From: a virus | Lineage: Duplodnaviria; Caudoviricetes | Length of the DNA: 46,735 nucleotides | Reading direction: 5' to 3' (one strand) | Virus record (IMG/VR): IMGVR_UViG_3300025653_003050 | Span: 1-46,735 of that record | In this document: positions 11,501 through 21,600 of the stretch, one piece after another | How the letters are laid out: every line of letters begins with the position of its first letter | Position numbering within the stretch: position 1 is the first letter of the stretch | Position numbers and translations under genes: made by a program | The notes under the pieces: generated by a model | Databases searched by the model: none | Told to the model about the DNA's origin: nothing | Seen by the model: only the letters and a program-made list of their open reading frames with translations

Positions 11501-13708
11501 ATCACGAATTACTTCTCCAGAAATAAACTTTCCAGAAAGTGTTGTAACCATCAACTCATCTGCTGTGGAGAATGTTGATCCAGCAGATCCTTCAATAACT
11601 CCATACGCTCCACTAGTTATACCAAAAATATATTTTCCTTTTTCAAACTGTCCAGTCGTGATATTTGAATCCAGAGTAATCTTAGTATAAAAAGATGGAC
11701 CAAAATATCCAAGACCAAAAATAGCATTATATGCCGTTTGTCCACCAGATAATTTGCCCTTTGATAGTACGACATCGGAGTCTGAATTGAATCCAAATCC
11801 AGTTTCTTTGAAAGAATAATTCCCTGGTTTAGCTACTCCAATTAGAGGAGTCGTAACTTCGGTGTAATCATAGATACTACCAAGAACTGCTCCATCAGCA
11901 TCTGCACCTTGAATAGTATCTAGATATAGTTTTCTCTTATACTCACCATCATCTTCGTCATATTCCTTGATAAGTCCTTTCAATTCTGCTTTATCGCCCA
12001 AAAGAGTTAGTTCAGCATATCTTTTAGCTGGAAGAATATCTGGTCTTATCTTGATTGAAAATCCAATTAGATCAAATGACTTATATGTGTCTGGAGCTCC
12101 ACCAGAATAAGTAAAGACCGCATAGACCTTTCCGTTAGAATCACAGCAGTCATCAAAATCTAGATCACCAGTAACATTGATCTTGTCAATCAGATCACTT
12201 TTTGTAATATCTAATGTAACTGTAACTACAGCAAGATTGTCGCCATAAAGTTTTCCTCTTCTATCGATAGAAGATCTCTTCTCTATCGTAGTTCTGTTGG
12301 GATTGACTACATGAGATTGTCCAGGAGCAAATTCAATGTTTTGTCCTACAGTACCATCATTGTAAATTCGATAGAGCTCTAAGTCTGGATACGCTGTCAG
12401 TTCAGATCCTTCTGCATTGAAAGGAATTGATCCATAAACATTTGTAACTGGGTATGTTGGAAGACCAGAAGTTTTTAGAGTAATGTTTTCAGCATTTACA
12501 GTTTCTCTAGCTTTACTAACTTCAAGATACTTAGTTTCTTTGTTTACAATCTCATATCCTCTAATGTATGCCTTACCAGGACCAACATTTGCGACCATTT
12601 TCTGTGACGCATCTTGAAGAGATAGTCCATTTACTAGACCATCTGTTCCTTGTGCATACAATCCATTGTTACCTTCATTTTGGTAGTATTCTCTAATACT
12701 TACGTCAAAACGATCGACAACATAATCACCCGATTCGTCATATGTTCTTCTAGCAAGAGTGTCTTCTAGTACAGTGTAATCAGCTGGTTTGATTTGCTTT
12801 TGAATTACACCACTCTTTACTGTTAGAATTTTGATAAAGTTTTTATCTGTAGTTGCAGAAAGATCGTACTTCTCAAGATTCAATTTGATGCTGAGTCTAT
12901 GAGCACCTGGAGCGGAGAAGTTTGATGACCCAATTGCGTTATCATACAGACTTGGGTCTTCTTCTGGTGTTATGATACTTTCTTCAACCCTAAATCCAAT
13001 CTTTGCAGATGGTGCATTGTAGTATGGATCAATAACAAATAATTCGGCATCATTTCTTACAAAGTATCCATTCACAAAGTAAATACCTTCTTCTACTTTT
13101 ACAGCAGAAGCATAACCCATCGCAGGACTTTCTAATACAGTTACTTCTTGTGTATCTGGATTTACCACACTAACAGTAGTTGGAAGAACGCTGCCATCGG
13201 TTCCAACAACCAATAGTGGGGTATTTACACCGCCAATAACTTCTAGAGTTTCCCCTTGTCTAAATGTTCCCTCATTACCAGCATTACCGCTAGTTAGATA
13301 TGTAACAAATAAAGTATCCGCTGTTGTTTCGGTTGCTGTCTTTACATCAACAAGGTTGGCGATAACACCAGAGGTCAAACCTCTTAGTTGCTCGCCAACC
13401 AGTTGTGAAATATCATATTTTCTGAATACAACTGTACCACCTTCATTTACAGCTACTTCGGAAACAGAAGACAGTTTTACATAATCTAATTTATTGTTGA
13501 GACCAACCTCTCCAGGAACAACAAGTTCTCCTTGCTTGAAAGCATGTTTTCCAAAGCTTTCAATTTGATTTTGGAGAACAGACTGTAACTGTGTTAGTTC
13601 TCTACCTTGAATCGAGTAACCAGGACGGAATAGAATTTTGTAGAAATTCTTATTCGCATCAAAGTCCTCATAATAAGGAGAAACATTAAGGTTAGTCTTC
13701 TGTGGCAT
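5516..13708 (-). CDS. Large structural protein, VrlC-like/DUF4815 type
   Basis: 2730 aa; N-terminus PYYEDFDANKNFYKILFRPGYSIQGRELTQLQS and RYTMKDIGKLEKRIERLEYYTTLS; directly follows gp8 as in cyanomyoviruses. Confidence 0.85.
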   Translation of the reverse strand: MPQKTNLNVSPYYEDFDANKNFYKILFRPGYSIQGRELTQLQSVLQNQIESFGKHAFKQGELVVPGEVGLNNKLDYVKLSSVSEVAVNEGGTVVFRKYDISQLVGEQLRGLTSGVIANLVDVKTATETTADTLFVTYLTSGNAGNEGTFRQGETLEVIGGVNTPLLVVGTDGSVLPTTVSVVNPDTQEVTVLESPAMGYASAVKVEEGIYFVNGYFVRNDAELFVIDPYYNAPSAKIGFRVEESIITPEEDPSLYDNAIGSSNFSAPGAHRLSIKLNLEKYDLSATTDKNFIKILTVKSGVIQKQIKPADYTVLEDTLARRTYDESGDYVVDRFDVSIREYYQNEGNNGLYAQGTDGLVNGLSLQDASQKMVANVGPGKAYIRGYEIVNKETKYLEVSKARETVNAENITLKTSGLPTYPVTNVYGSIPFNAEGSELTAYPDLELYRIYNDGTVGQNIEFAPGQSHVVNPNRTTIEKRSSIDRRGKLYGDNLAVVTVTLDITKSDLIDKINVTGDLDFDDCCDSNGKVYAVFTYSGGAPDTYKSFDLIGFSIKIRPDILPAKRYAELTLLGDKAELKGLIKEYDEDDGEYKRKLYLDTIQGADADGAVLGSIYDYTEVTTPLIGVAKPGNYSFKETGFGFNSDSDVVLSKGKLSGGQTAYNAIFGLGYFGPSFYTKITLDSNITTGQFEKGKYIFGITSGAYGVIEGSAGSTFSTADELMVTTLSGKFISGEVIRDEDDNSARIATDNTISHFIVKYRGSGGYPQDAGISINGVPFDTSKVNVKSNIDGFPYNIEIINRNAFTQTYSQPPTVLVDLPISGSITTSAKIEAVLFRNSVQTFNPDDVKSFGCAYGSSGNNIFTADLESAKSPYAKLTPITDFTFTGVAGYRFLECNGFNGDTTVYLKPGDYIQFTDDDSVAEKVMITYATKPEGTLKSRIYIDTALAKNVTNGTIVKVGSVIESSSKGSLLYPTGGSQVASISQSNEDSKISYYYRKDFITEASASGGNITFTAQLPFGTQRFARFTPENFVMSVLNPGSSTKVSTGDVIYLTEANIIAENTTDTTSGLNAGSVKVNLPAEFFGTTTEPFPTLKLSATLELNKARPRIKTVVRNRRILIKSAGDRTVPLRGENFDTEATSVATYSDVFKLRYVYEGTSSSPPTIDSAGNLVSGVDVTERFTFDDGQRDTYYDVSRIILKPGFEAPVGQLVVAFDYFEHSQGDFCTVDSYLHEAGVTLEEIPTFNSAVYGIVSLKNVFDFRPKVDNNSFVTGFQDQSSREAVIRNFIGEGGVASVIPAPDKNLEYTFKFTQTEFLNRIDGIFLNKKGEFVLKEGNSSQNPTKPELIDDAIPLYYFYIPAFTTSSKDVRIIPVDNRRYTMKDIGKLEKRIERLEYYTTLSVLEQQALNMQIRDTIGFDRFKTGFVVDNFETHGVGEVSSADYRCSIDTQQSVLRAPNKEDSFRLEEVNTTIDQRFVDGYVRTGDMVTLPYSELQVLGNDFATKTINPNPFVALQYVGEGALSPEIDPWYDQTVEPVIVDNNTGLYSIFIAKDDTTETFSSIFNSFIINWVGSKGTFGSIASFGTTNTDSSIEKVTKASVASSSNVSPDNNEIGKGLATDSDQKGTVATSLKFYARPTPVKFTVRRLKPFTTVYPFLDGNDISRWTCPDSRFTGIAGNSSIGFNSPITTDENGNASGIIIIPAGKPPVENATWTGDVDTVSYDSTQPDLRITTGIKTIRFTSSKENAAKDTVDTYADLKYYAVGKLPQNPPSINATSPAYFKANEGVQKVDSVTDVEIKPNPLAQTFSIESFEGGLFVTSVELYFNKKSTNIPVRVYLTNTEIDKPAKHILPGAESTLSPNTLIRAYANGTTTLTIGENIVGSQSACSGPLLKVLDSTNIEVTASADGKVIVSSDQVYTLVLSNHNGREFIQNEPLIIDSITEFNNKNNTNLGLTITKNSGRVTDLIVSGTGANYDSAFLTFESPQLPGGSQASGAVKISEGKIYNATVSLGGSGYTAPPAIVVKGVGTGNGGAVITAKITIDTPAVRMGVAVDTAGVTNSTIPTKFKFKNPVYLQNGTKYALVVETDSTEYLLWASRLGETEIVTSSPVTTQPLLGSVYKAQNTDNWTEDLFEDLKFKLNRAEFDISRGAVLKLTNENLGYEYLNLNPFETSGVSDQNATSPLFKLNNKIIKVYHKNHGFEDGGKSYVFFSGADGVGGVSSTQLNTKLFKVTNAGIDSYNITNETTAASSVKGGGGVVLASYNRKYERLFPQVNYLSFSNTSITSSVKTTNIIPVDSNTQNYTSYSTTTYEKTFLNEIQYFTNQKIIASRINQVLNNVQRSLEYKIDFRSDVSYLSPAIDLSSASVITSTNRIEKATGKEDRYGRRDQIVKLKEVYSFTLANLNSQTIQSNQEISIESVGSTIAGSSGSGAKGTIARVIEENGNVIVFVRISTVNPFSKNDSLSISGITGNPTVNSDPVKVEFGGTGGPVIPVTGATVTARNVDFTDIFTAKIEGKVTFFDIKNQTITIKNDKKPFGTTTYDQTLVEASIVEPSVARSGEGVEDIFRVGDLIAYTGQEDDDSAYWEIKEVSYTDGVDYSPENRFSNSSSVAKYVTKEISIGNPGTSINVKLTANVKDISDIQVLYRYKESSSQESFDVIEYQYFNETGLPDFDVIASSENTISSITEKQSSYQELEYSVSDLPEFSSFGIKIVMKSDNPAYVPKIQDMRAVASY

Positions 13709-13742
13709 CGTACTCCGCCAAATACAAACATCTAGTCGTTAG

Positions 13743-13749
13743 TATTTAG
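13743..13749 (-). promoter_or_regulatory. T4-type late promoter
   Basis: CTAAATA in the gp8/VrlC intergenic gap, 35 nt before the ATG. Confidence 0.6.
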
Positions 13750-13765
13750 CGGAGTAAATTATAAA

Positions 13766-15577
13766 TCAGAACTCGATTACAAGTTTGATATCTTCGATTT
13801 GGTCAGGTGCGCGAGTGATGAGACGACGGTTTTCAATGTAAATGATGTCACCTGAGTTATTGGCAATCTCGGGTGTTCCTAGACCATTAGCAAGAATAAC
13901 ACCCTCTAGAGTTCCGTTGTATGTGGTATCAACGTTACCATCTGCAGCAGATGCATCACCAGCAACATCAACCGCTCCATTTGCCTCGAAAGGATAAACA
14001 ACACCATTGTGTAGATGTTGATCAGGTGATTGATAATACTTGAGAATACCATCTGTTGTTGAATTGCTATCTAGTGTCCAAGAAACTACATTTCCCTTTG
14101 CAATGTTTCCATCACTACGAACTTGCGAAATCGCTTCGTCTGGAATATAATCTGCTGTTGTTCCAGTAATCTTGACAGCATATAGACCATTTAGAGTAGA
14201 TGCTGTTGCAAAAGAAGTAGTTCCCCAATCATATGGATCTGTTAGGAGACCAATACGACGGAAATCGTTATCTACTGGGAAATCTCCCGAACCTTCTGAA
14301 TAAGTTAGACGAATGTTCGTCATAACACGCTTAGCATTGAGTTCAATGTCTGCTTCAGCACCATGACCACCCTTAGGAGGTAGTACTACTTCAATAGCAC
14401 CACTCCAACCTGCAGGTGTTGCTACGCCACTAGTTAGTCCTAGATCACTATACAGATTGCCATTTGAAAGAATGACATTAGCGTAAGTATAGTCTTGACC
14501 GCGACCAGGAACAGAAACTGTGCTAATTGCACCACCAGCAGTAGTTGTAATTTGAACTACTCCGTTAGTTCCATCACCTTTGATCGCAGTGTAAAGAGTT
14601 TGTGAAGGTGGAAGGTTAGATCCAGCGTCTTCAATTAGAGCAACGTCGATGGAACCAGGAACAGCAAGTGCTGCAGTTGCTACTCTAGTAGATTCTGTAG
14701 GAAGAACAATTGGCATGAAGTCTGAAGACAAGAACTTCAGAACGTCATCAGTAGGAAGTGTAAACATATACTTCCAAATATAACCAGCACCAGCAGTTTC
14801 GGTAAAGATTCCAGTTGCTCCGTTATATCCTGCTGCGCTAGTCGAAGGCTCTTGAGTTGCGTTTTGTCCAGTTGGATTTGCTGGATTCTCGCCATTGTAC
14901 AGACACTTGAATACTTCGTAATTGCTGTTCATTACATAAAACTTAGCTTCTGCAATAGAATCAAATCCTAATGCAGTTTGCTTACCTACCTGACCGCCTC
15001 CACCAGGAGATGCAGAATAGTCTGGTTTCCACATGTCATACTTTGGATTTGCAACTAAATCCCAGTTGTAACGACGAACAACTGCACGAGCATTTGCATC
15101 AGTTACTCTCTTAGCAGCAATAAGATCGTCGTAAATTGAAAACTTTTCTGTCTGATTATCTAGAGGAAGAGGGGGAGCATCCTCAGTTGCGTAACGATAA
15201 ACCCCAGTAACTGCAGTGACGCCAGTATCAGAACTACCGTCATACTCTTTTAGAGTTGATCCTAATCCTGGGGTAGAAGCAGTTCCACCAGATCCAAATA
15301 CTGAACTGAGGAGAACTGAATTGCTGTATACAGCTTCTACGGTTGCTCTAAATGTAGCAGTTCCGTAAGCAGTACCAACGTAAACTTCATTACCCTTTGT
15401 GAAAGATCCCCCTTCAATTGAGTAAACTTCTAGATACGCTCTCCATGCTTGAGGGCGACCTACGAAGAAGTAAAGTCTGGTACGGTCGGCGCTAGCATCG
15501 TTTGCGCCTTCACTAAGCGATTCAAGAAATTGCTTCGCATTAAAAATTCTAAATTTATCAGAGATGATAGCAGCCAT
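13766..15577 (-). CDS. gp8: Baseplate wedge protein gp8
   Basis: MAAIISDKFRIFNA, VFKCLYNG, GYIWKYMFTL and IIYIENR motifs; synteny gp6-gp7-gp8. Confidence 0.9.
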   Translation of the reverse strand: MAAIISDKFRIFNAKQFLESLSEGANDASADRTRLYFFVGRPQAWRAYLEVYSIEGGSFTKGNEVYVGTAYGTATFRATVEAVYSNSVLLSSVFGSGGTASTPGLGSTLKEYDGSSDTGVTAVTGVYRYATEDAPPLPLDNQTEKFSIYDDLIAAKRVTDANARAVVRRYNWDLVANPKYDMWKPDYSASPGGGGQVGKQTALGFDSIAEAKFYVMNSNYEVFKCLYNGENPANPTGQNATQEPSTSAAGYNGATGIFTETAGAGYIWKYMFTLPTDDVLKFLSSDFMPIVLPTESTRVATAALAVPGSIDVALIEDAGSNLPPSQTLYTAIKGDGTNGVVQITTTAGGAISTVSVPGRGQDYTYANVILSNGNLYSDLGLTSGVATPAGWSGAIEVVLPPKGGHGAEADIELNAKRVMTNIRLTYSEGSGDFPVDNDFRRIGLLTDPYDWGTTSFATASTLNGLYAVKITGTTADYIPDEAISQVRSDGNIAKGNVVSWTLDSNSTTDGILKYYQSPDQHLHNGVVYPFEANGAVDVAGDASAADGNVDTTYNGTLEGVILANGLGTPEIANNSGDIIYIENRRLITRAPDQIEDIKLVIEF

Positions 15578-15613
15578 TGGTTTTCTTTTCCGACGTGTGG
15601 TTTATACCAAAGT

Positions 15614-15627
15614 TATTTATATTTATA
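15614..15627 (-). promoter_or_regulatory. T4-type late promoter (two overlapping TATAAATA)
   Basis: Minus strand reads TATAAATATAAATA upstream of gp8. Confidence 0.75.
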
Positions 15628-15631
15628 CTGA

Positions 15632-18600
15632 TTAGTCAATAGTATATGGAATGATCTCAGAACCAGCAGTTATTGTAGTGGATCCAGAGTATACAGTACA
15701 TCCAGCAAAAGTTGTAGCAGTTTTTGAGGTGTATTGTATAACACCTCTGTTAGATCCCGATCCATGGAATATATATCCAGAATCTGGGAAGTAATTTGTA
15801 TTCTGCACAACAATAACAGAACCAATAGATCCAGATGAAGATGTGGTCGTTACTGTAGTATTATATGTGGATAATCCCAAATTGAACTTATCACCAGATA
15901 AAGTGTAATTAGAATATCCTCTCCTTTCAAAGTCTATAATAGCAAATGTTGGGTAGTTTCTATTAAAGTCATCTATGGTAACACCACCAGCAGAGATTGG
16001 CCCTTCATTCAGAGAAACATAGTTGAAGGATGAAATATTCTGTCCCACATTTCCAACACTATATCTTCCAACAAAATTGGTAAAGAAAACACTTTCTTGG
16101 AAATAATCTACTAGTCCTCCAGGGGGAGTAAATAATAGAATCTCTCTCAGTACCTTATTACTTTCTATTACTACTTCAGTTTGTACTTGAATTTCTGATG
16201 TGCGAACTGTTGCTACTGCTCCAGTTGGTATAGAGTTTCTAACAACAGTCTCGCTGTAAATCTCAGCAACACCACCAAATGCAACACTTACATAATCTTC
16301 AATTTGTCTGATGAATGTTCCTGGGACCCAGTTCTTTTCAGTTGTATTTTCATATCCTCTAGTTACATTGAGGAATCTATCTGTGAGTTTTCTGGGATAG
16401 TAAACAACTTCATCACCAACCATCAACTTACCATGACTGGTAAACTGATAAGTGTCTGCAACATATACAATCGAATCTCCAATGTTTAGAGGTGCTTGTA
16501 AGTATGCTCCAGGTGCTCTGTAAATTACATTTTCTAAGAATGTGTTATCGATTTCTCTTTGAATAGTTTGTGTAACAAGTCTATTCGTTGTGAGTTGAGA
16601 AATAGTGAGTACATCTTCTGCCCTTACAGCAACAATGCTTTGTATGTATCTGTCTGCAGTTTCTGACTGTTCAACAGAAACAGGGAGAAGATTGGTAATT
16701 TGATTTCTCTCGATTGGTATAGTGTCAACGGGCATATCTGCTCCGTCAACTGGATCAGGATAAATTTCTTGCTCAATGTCATCTTGGGTATCAATAACAG
16801 AGTCTAGTAAAATAGAAGTGATAAATGCTTGCTGTGGAGGTGGTAGTCCAATCTGACTTACATTTGAAATTACATTTAGACCCTGAGTAACTATACTTTG
16901 AACACCTAATTTTACAAGTGATACTTTAATATCATCTTGTTTTTTGACATCATATTTTCTAGTGACGACTACTTTTGGTTCTTGTGTATATCCAGAACCA
17001 CCATAAATGAGTTGAATTCCTTGAATTTCTCCACCAGCAACTAAAACTTGAGCTCTAGCACCACCGCCATTTCCATCCCTTGGGACAAAAACTAGTTGTG
17101 GTGGAGTTTCATAGTTGAATGCTGTTGGTCTAAAGAACTTATATGTAATTGATCCATCTGGATTAGAAATTTCTTCTACAATTCTTTCATTCCATTTTAG
17201 TGCCGTGACAACACCATTGGCAATCTCAGCAGAAACGCTGAGACCTTCTCCCATAGTTTTGCCATTATATGAAGAAATTCCAAACGAACCATAAATTTCA
17301 TTACCAGCATCACCATCTAAACGATTATCTCTGGTATAAACTTCATCTGGAACAGATCTAATTGTTCTATATTTGGATTCTCCATCAATCTTTACCTTGT
17401 CTCCAGGAGCAAGTCTAAAGAATCCTTTTCTCTGTAAGAGATCATTAGATTTCTTGACATCACCGACAAAATACGATTTATCGGTTCTGTACAGATAGTC
17501 ATAATTTTTTGTAAGGGTTAGCGATACCAATCCAAATGAGAACGTAGATACGTTAGTTGCTCCCATTGAATCGGCATATGTGCTTCTTGATGGATCATAA
17601 TCTATATTATTTGAATATAATTTGAAAGTTATTGCGTCATTATTTAATTTCTTCCAATCATAAACTCTACCTATACCGTAGTTGTTTCCATTTCCATCTT
17701 CTTGATAAATGTAGAATTTATCTTTAGAGTTCAATGCCCAATTTGAATCAAACAATGCAAAGATGTTGAATCTATCACCAACGCCAGATCCACTAACTTC
17801 TAAAGTATAATCATACAAATAACCATTGATATCAAAATCATGGAAAGTAACAGGTGGATCTAGATCTCTACCATAGCAAAGTCTAATATCAACAACATCT
17901 TCGTCACGCATTGGATACTTGAATGTTATTGATGCCCCAGCAACTTCATATGCTGTTATTGGTTCTTGAATAACACCATTGACGATAACAATCATATAAT
18001 TCTCATCATCAATGTTTAGAATTCTATCGCCATCCAGACTTAGAATTAGGAAAGGACCTTTTCTCTGACCATTGACAAGAGACTTATCAATAGTATATCT
18101 TCTATAGTTTCCTATATTAGTAGCAAAGAATTTCTCTACTTGTGTTGGTTCTCCAATTGTTTTCGCTGATAAATCTTGATCCCAAATTGGAGGAGACGTA
18201 AATCTAATAATATTTGGAGTAACAGTTTTATCAACCCAATATGAATCAAATGCTGGTTCATCTGGATTATATTTTGGTCTCTGAATTACTCCATTGAACG
18301 AAACTAGTAGGTGCTCATCTTCTTCTGTTAGAGACACTGGTGATCCATCATCATCCCAATACAATTCAAACTCAGAAGTTTCGTTATCAATATAATCTGG
18401 AAGTGTTCTATCAACAGTATTGCCAGAAACCATATAATCTTCTATAATAGAAGCATAAGTGGATAGCGAAGAAACTACGTCCTCACACTCCCTAGAAATC
18501 AATTGATTATCTGGAATGATGTCGTAGTTTGCGTAAGGAACAAGTCTTGTGTAGAAACCTCTTTTTGTTGGGTTTTGATTAGTTGGTTGAATTACATTTG

Positions 18601-21600
18601 GTCCACTATTGAGAATAGTCTCTATAATATCATAGTAAGTGTTCAGAGCAGATTCTACTCCACCACATGTTGGCGATGAAGAATCAACAATTACTTCAGC
18701 ATCAGTGATTGGGATAATGTTTGTGTATGGAGTGCTAGTTGGCAATGTCTGAAGCATTGCTTGAACACACAATTCCGTGAGTATCTTTTCATATGTTGCT
18801 TTAGTTTCTGCAAACTCACCAACAATATAATTCAACTGACTTCCTAAGAAATACAACTCTGCAAACTCTACTAGTTTGAGATTTCCACCAAATCTCAAAC
18901 TATAAATTACAGCATCTAAAAGATATCCAACATCTCTTCTGCATTTTGTTTCTTTTGATGTCCAATCAATTCCAGGATATGTTGCTTGTGCCCAATTTAC
19001 TGCATAATCTATAATATAATTTCTGTTCTTATCGATCAAATTTGATGCATCATAGAACGTACCATTATTGATGCCACTGAAAGAGAACGTGACTTGATCC
19101 AATCCAGCAAATACTGGAGGAACAGTTAGAGATGTTCCAGGAGAAATAGAGTATGTATTTGATGGAATAACAGCACCAGTTCCAGTTGGAAGTGTTGTGT
19201 CAACATTTTGAGTTCCACTTAGATAAGTAGTTCCAGGACCAGCAGATCCAGGAGGAGCTACATTGCTACTTTGTAGAGCTGGTGAAGATACTCTAACCTC
19301 AGTATCTGAAATAATTTCGGTAACTCTAATATTAGATGATAGTGACAATGCTCCACCAGAACTTACAACAGCACCTAAAGCAATATTTGATGTATCGGAA
19401 ATTGTTATAATGTCACTGCCAGCAGTATAAGACGCTCCTAAAGCAACCCAATCCCAATTGCGTGTGGAAAGTTTTGCTAGTCTTATTACATACTGGAATA
19501 AGGAGTTTATTTGTGTATTTTGTCTGCTATATTTGTCTTTGAAAAGTTCTGCATAATCTACAGACTTTACATTACCACCAAATCTCAAATCATGCTCTAG
19601 AGCAGAACAAAGGTTTCTTACATCAGATTGAACTTCCGATTCAATTGCTGTCCATGGAATTGTAGAATTTGCAATCTGAGACGAATAAGTATCTTCAAAC
19701 CAACCAATAGATTCTGCAACAATAAAATCAACGTTTAGAAGAATTTGATTAGCAGCATCTAACCACCTTCCACTTCTTTGGTAGAAGTTTCTAATTTTTC
19801 TAAAATGCTTATCATTATATACATCATTTTTGAACTCAATATAGCGAATTAGTAGTTTTTGTGCAGGAACTTCTTGTCCTTCTACGATCGCTTTTCCTAA
19901 AGGAGGTGTTGCAAAAGTAATTTGATTATTTGAAATTGTATATGCTACTCCTGGTTCCTGTAAAACACCGTCTAGCGTCACGATCAAATTTTCTGCACTA
20001 TATGGGTTGAATGCAACACCATTGTAATATAATGTAAATGTTCTAGTTCCTATTAGTTGTCCATCTGTATTGAACTTACCATCGAATGGAGATGGGTCTA
20101 ATTTAGATTGTCTGATATCTAAAGAGTATGCATTAGTATAATTAAAATCAAACTCATTTACAGCAACAGAACCACTTCCTTTGATAGCACGATAATCATC
20201 TACGCTAAGAATTGACTGTGTTAGTTGTTGTCTAGTGCTTTCTACCGTAACTTTGTTTTTGTTATCATCCCAAAGTTGAATAATGCTAAAGTGCGAAGCT
20301 TTGGGCATTTCGGATGGCATAGTAATACCATCTTCAACAACTGGATCAATAATAACCTCACCAAATACTTTGAATCCTGCTGGGTGAGTAGTTTCTTTTA
20401 CAAGGTCTCTCCAATCATTGATTTGAGTTCTAGATTTGATTACATAAGAATAATCTTGATAAAAGAAAGAATCTGTAATTCTTTGGTTCTCTACACCCAG
20501 TTTTCCTCTATCGGATCTATATGATCCTGTATTATCAGAATATGGTTTTAGATCTAAATCAAAAACTGTTACATAAGTATTTTTGATCACAGCAGAAGTT
20601 TTAGAAATTTTTCCAACTACTGATGTAGAATTTCTAAACTTTCCTTGAATCTTTGAGACTTTTAGTAAGTTCGATCCATGTCTCCACTCTCGTACAGTCG
20701 CTCTTGCAATGACATTATTGCCAATAGTCTGTGTAATCTCTTCCCCAACTAAAAAGTCTTTCTCGCCATAACCTGATACAGAGAATGTATAACTTCCTGT
20801 ATATTCTGAAAGAAGAGTACTATCTTTGTGGAAAGAACTTCCATTCTTTACAATTCTGACATTTTTTGGACGACCGATTCTATTTCCAGTTGCAAACAAC
20901 CTAACATCAGATTCTATAATAGCAATTTTTGGAGCATTGGTGTAGTCGGTTCCTTTATTTACAACAAAAATATCAAGAACTTCTCCATTTCTAGAAGTAA
21001 CTCCAAACTCTGCATCTATTCCGTCACCTTCTAAAATAACAACCTTTGGTTTGCTATAATTTGATCCAGAGTTTGTTACTGTTGCACCAACAATTGTATT
21101 TGTAAGTGAATCAAATAAAACTGTAGCAGCTGCTTGATTTTCTGGACTTAGATATGCACCGAGAATAATAGGTGTCTTTTTGTAGTTGACACCAATGTTT
21201 TGTACAGTTACTGAATCAATTTCACCGACAGCAAAATTACCGTTTGTGGTATAAGAGATGTCTCCAGATCCATCCCATTGTGGGAAACTTCTCAACGAAT
21301 ATGAGAATCTGGTTGGCGTGACATAATTTACAGTCTGCCTTCCAGACAGCGGATCTTGTACCACTTTCAAGTACGAGTTTCCACTGCTAATTAGTCCATT
21401 TCTATCAAAGTAAAAATAATTAGCAAATCTGGATTCTTCTTTCTCATCATATTGATTTGATGAAATGACAGGACCGAAACCAAATTTCATTTCAACAAAA
21501 GATCCAGGAGAACCTTGTAGTGTTGAAGATTCTTTTTTCTCTACTGGAATAATATTATAGTTTCCACTTGGACTAAAATCTAAATGAGATCCAGTCAAAG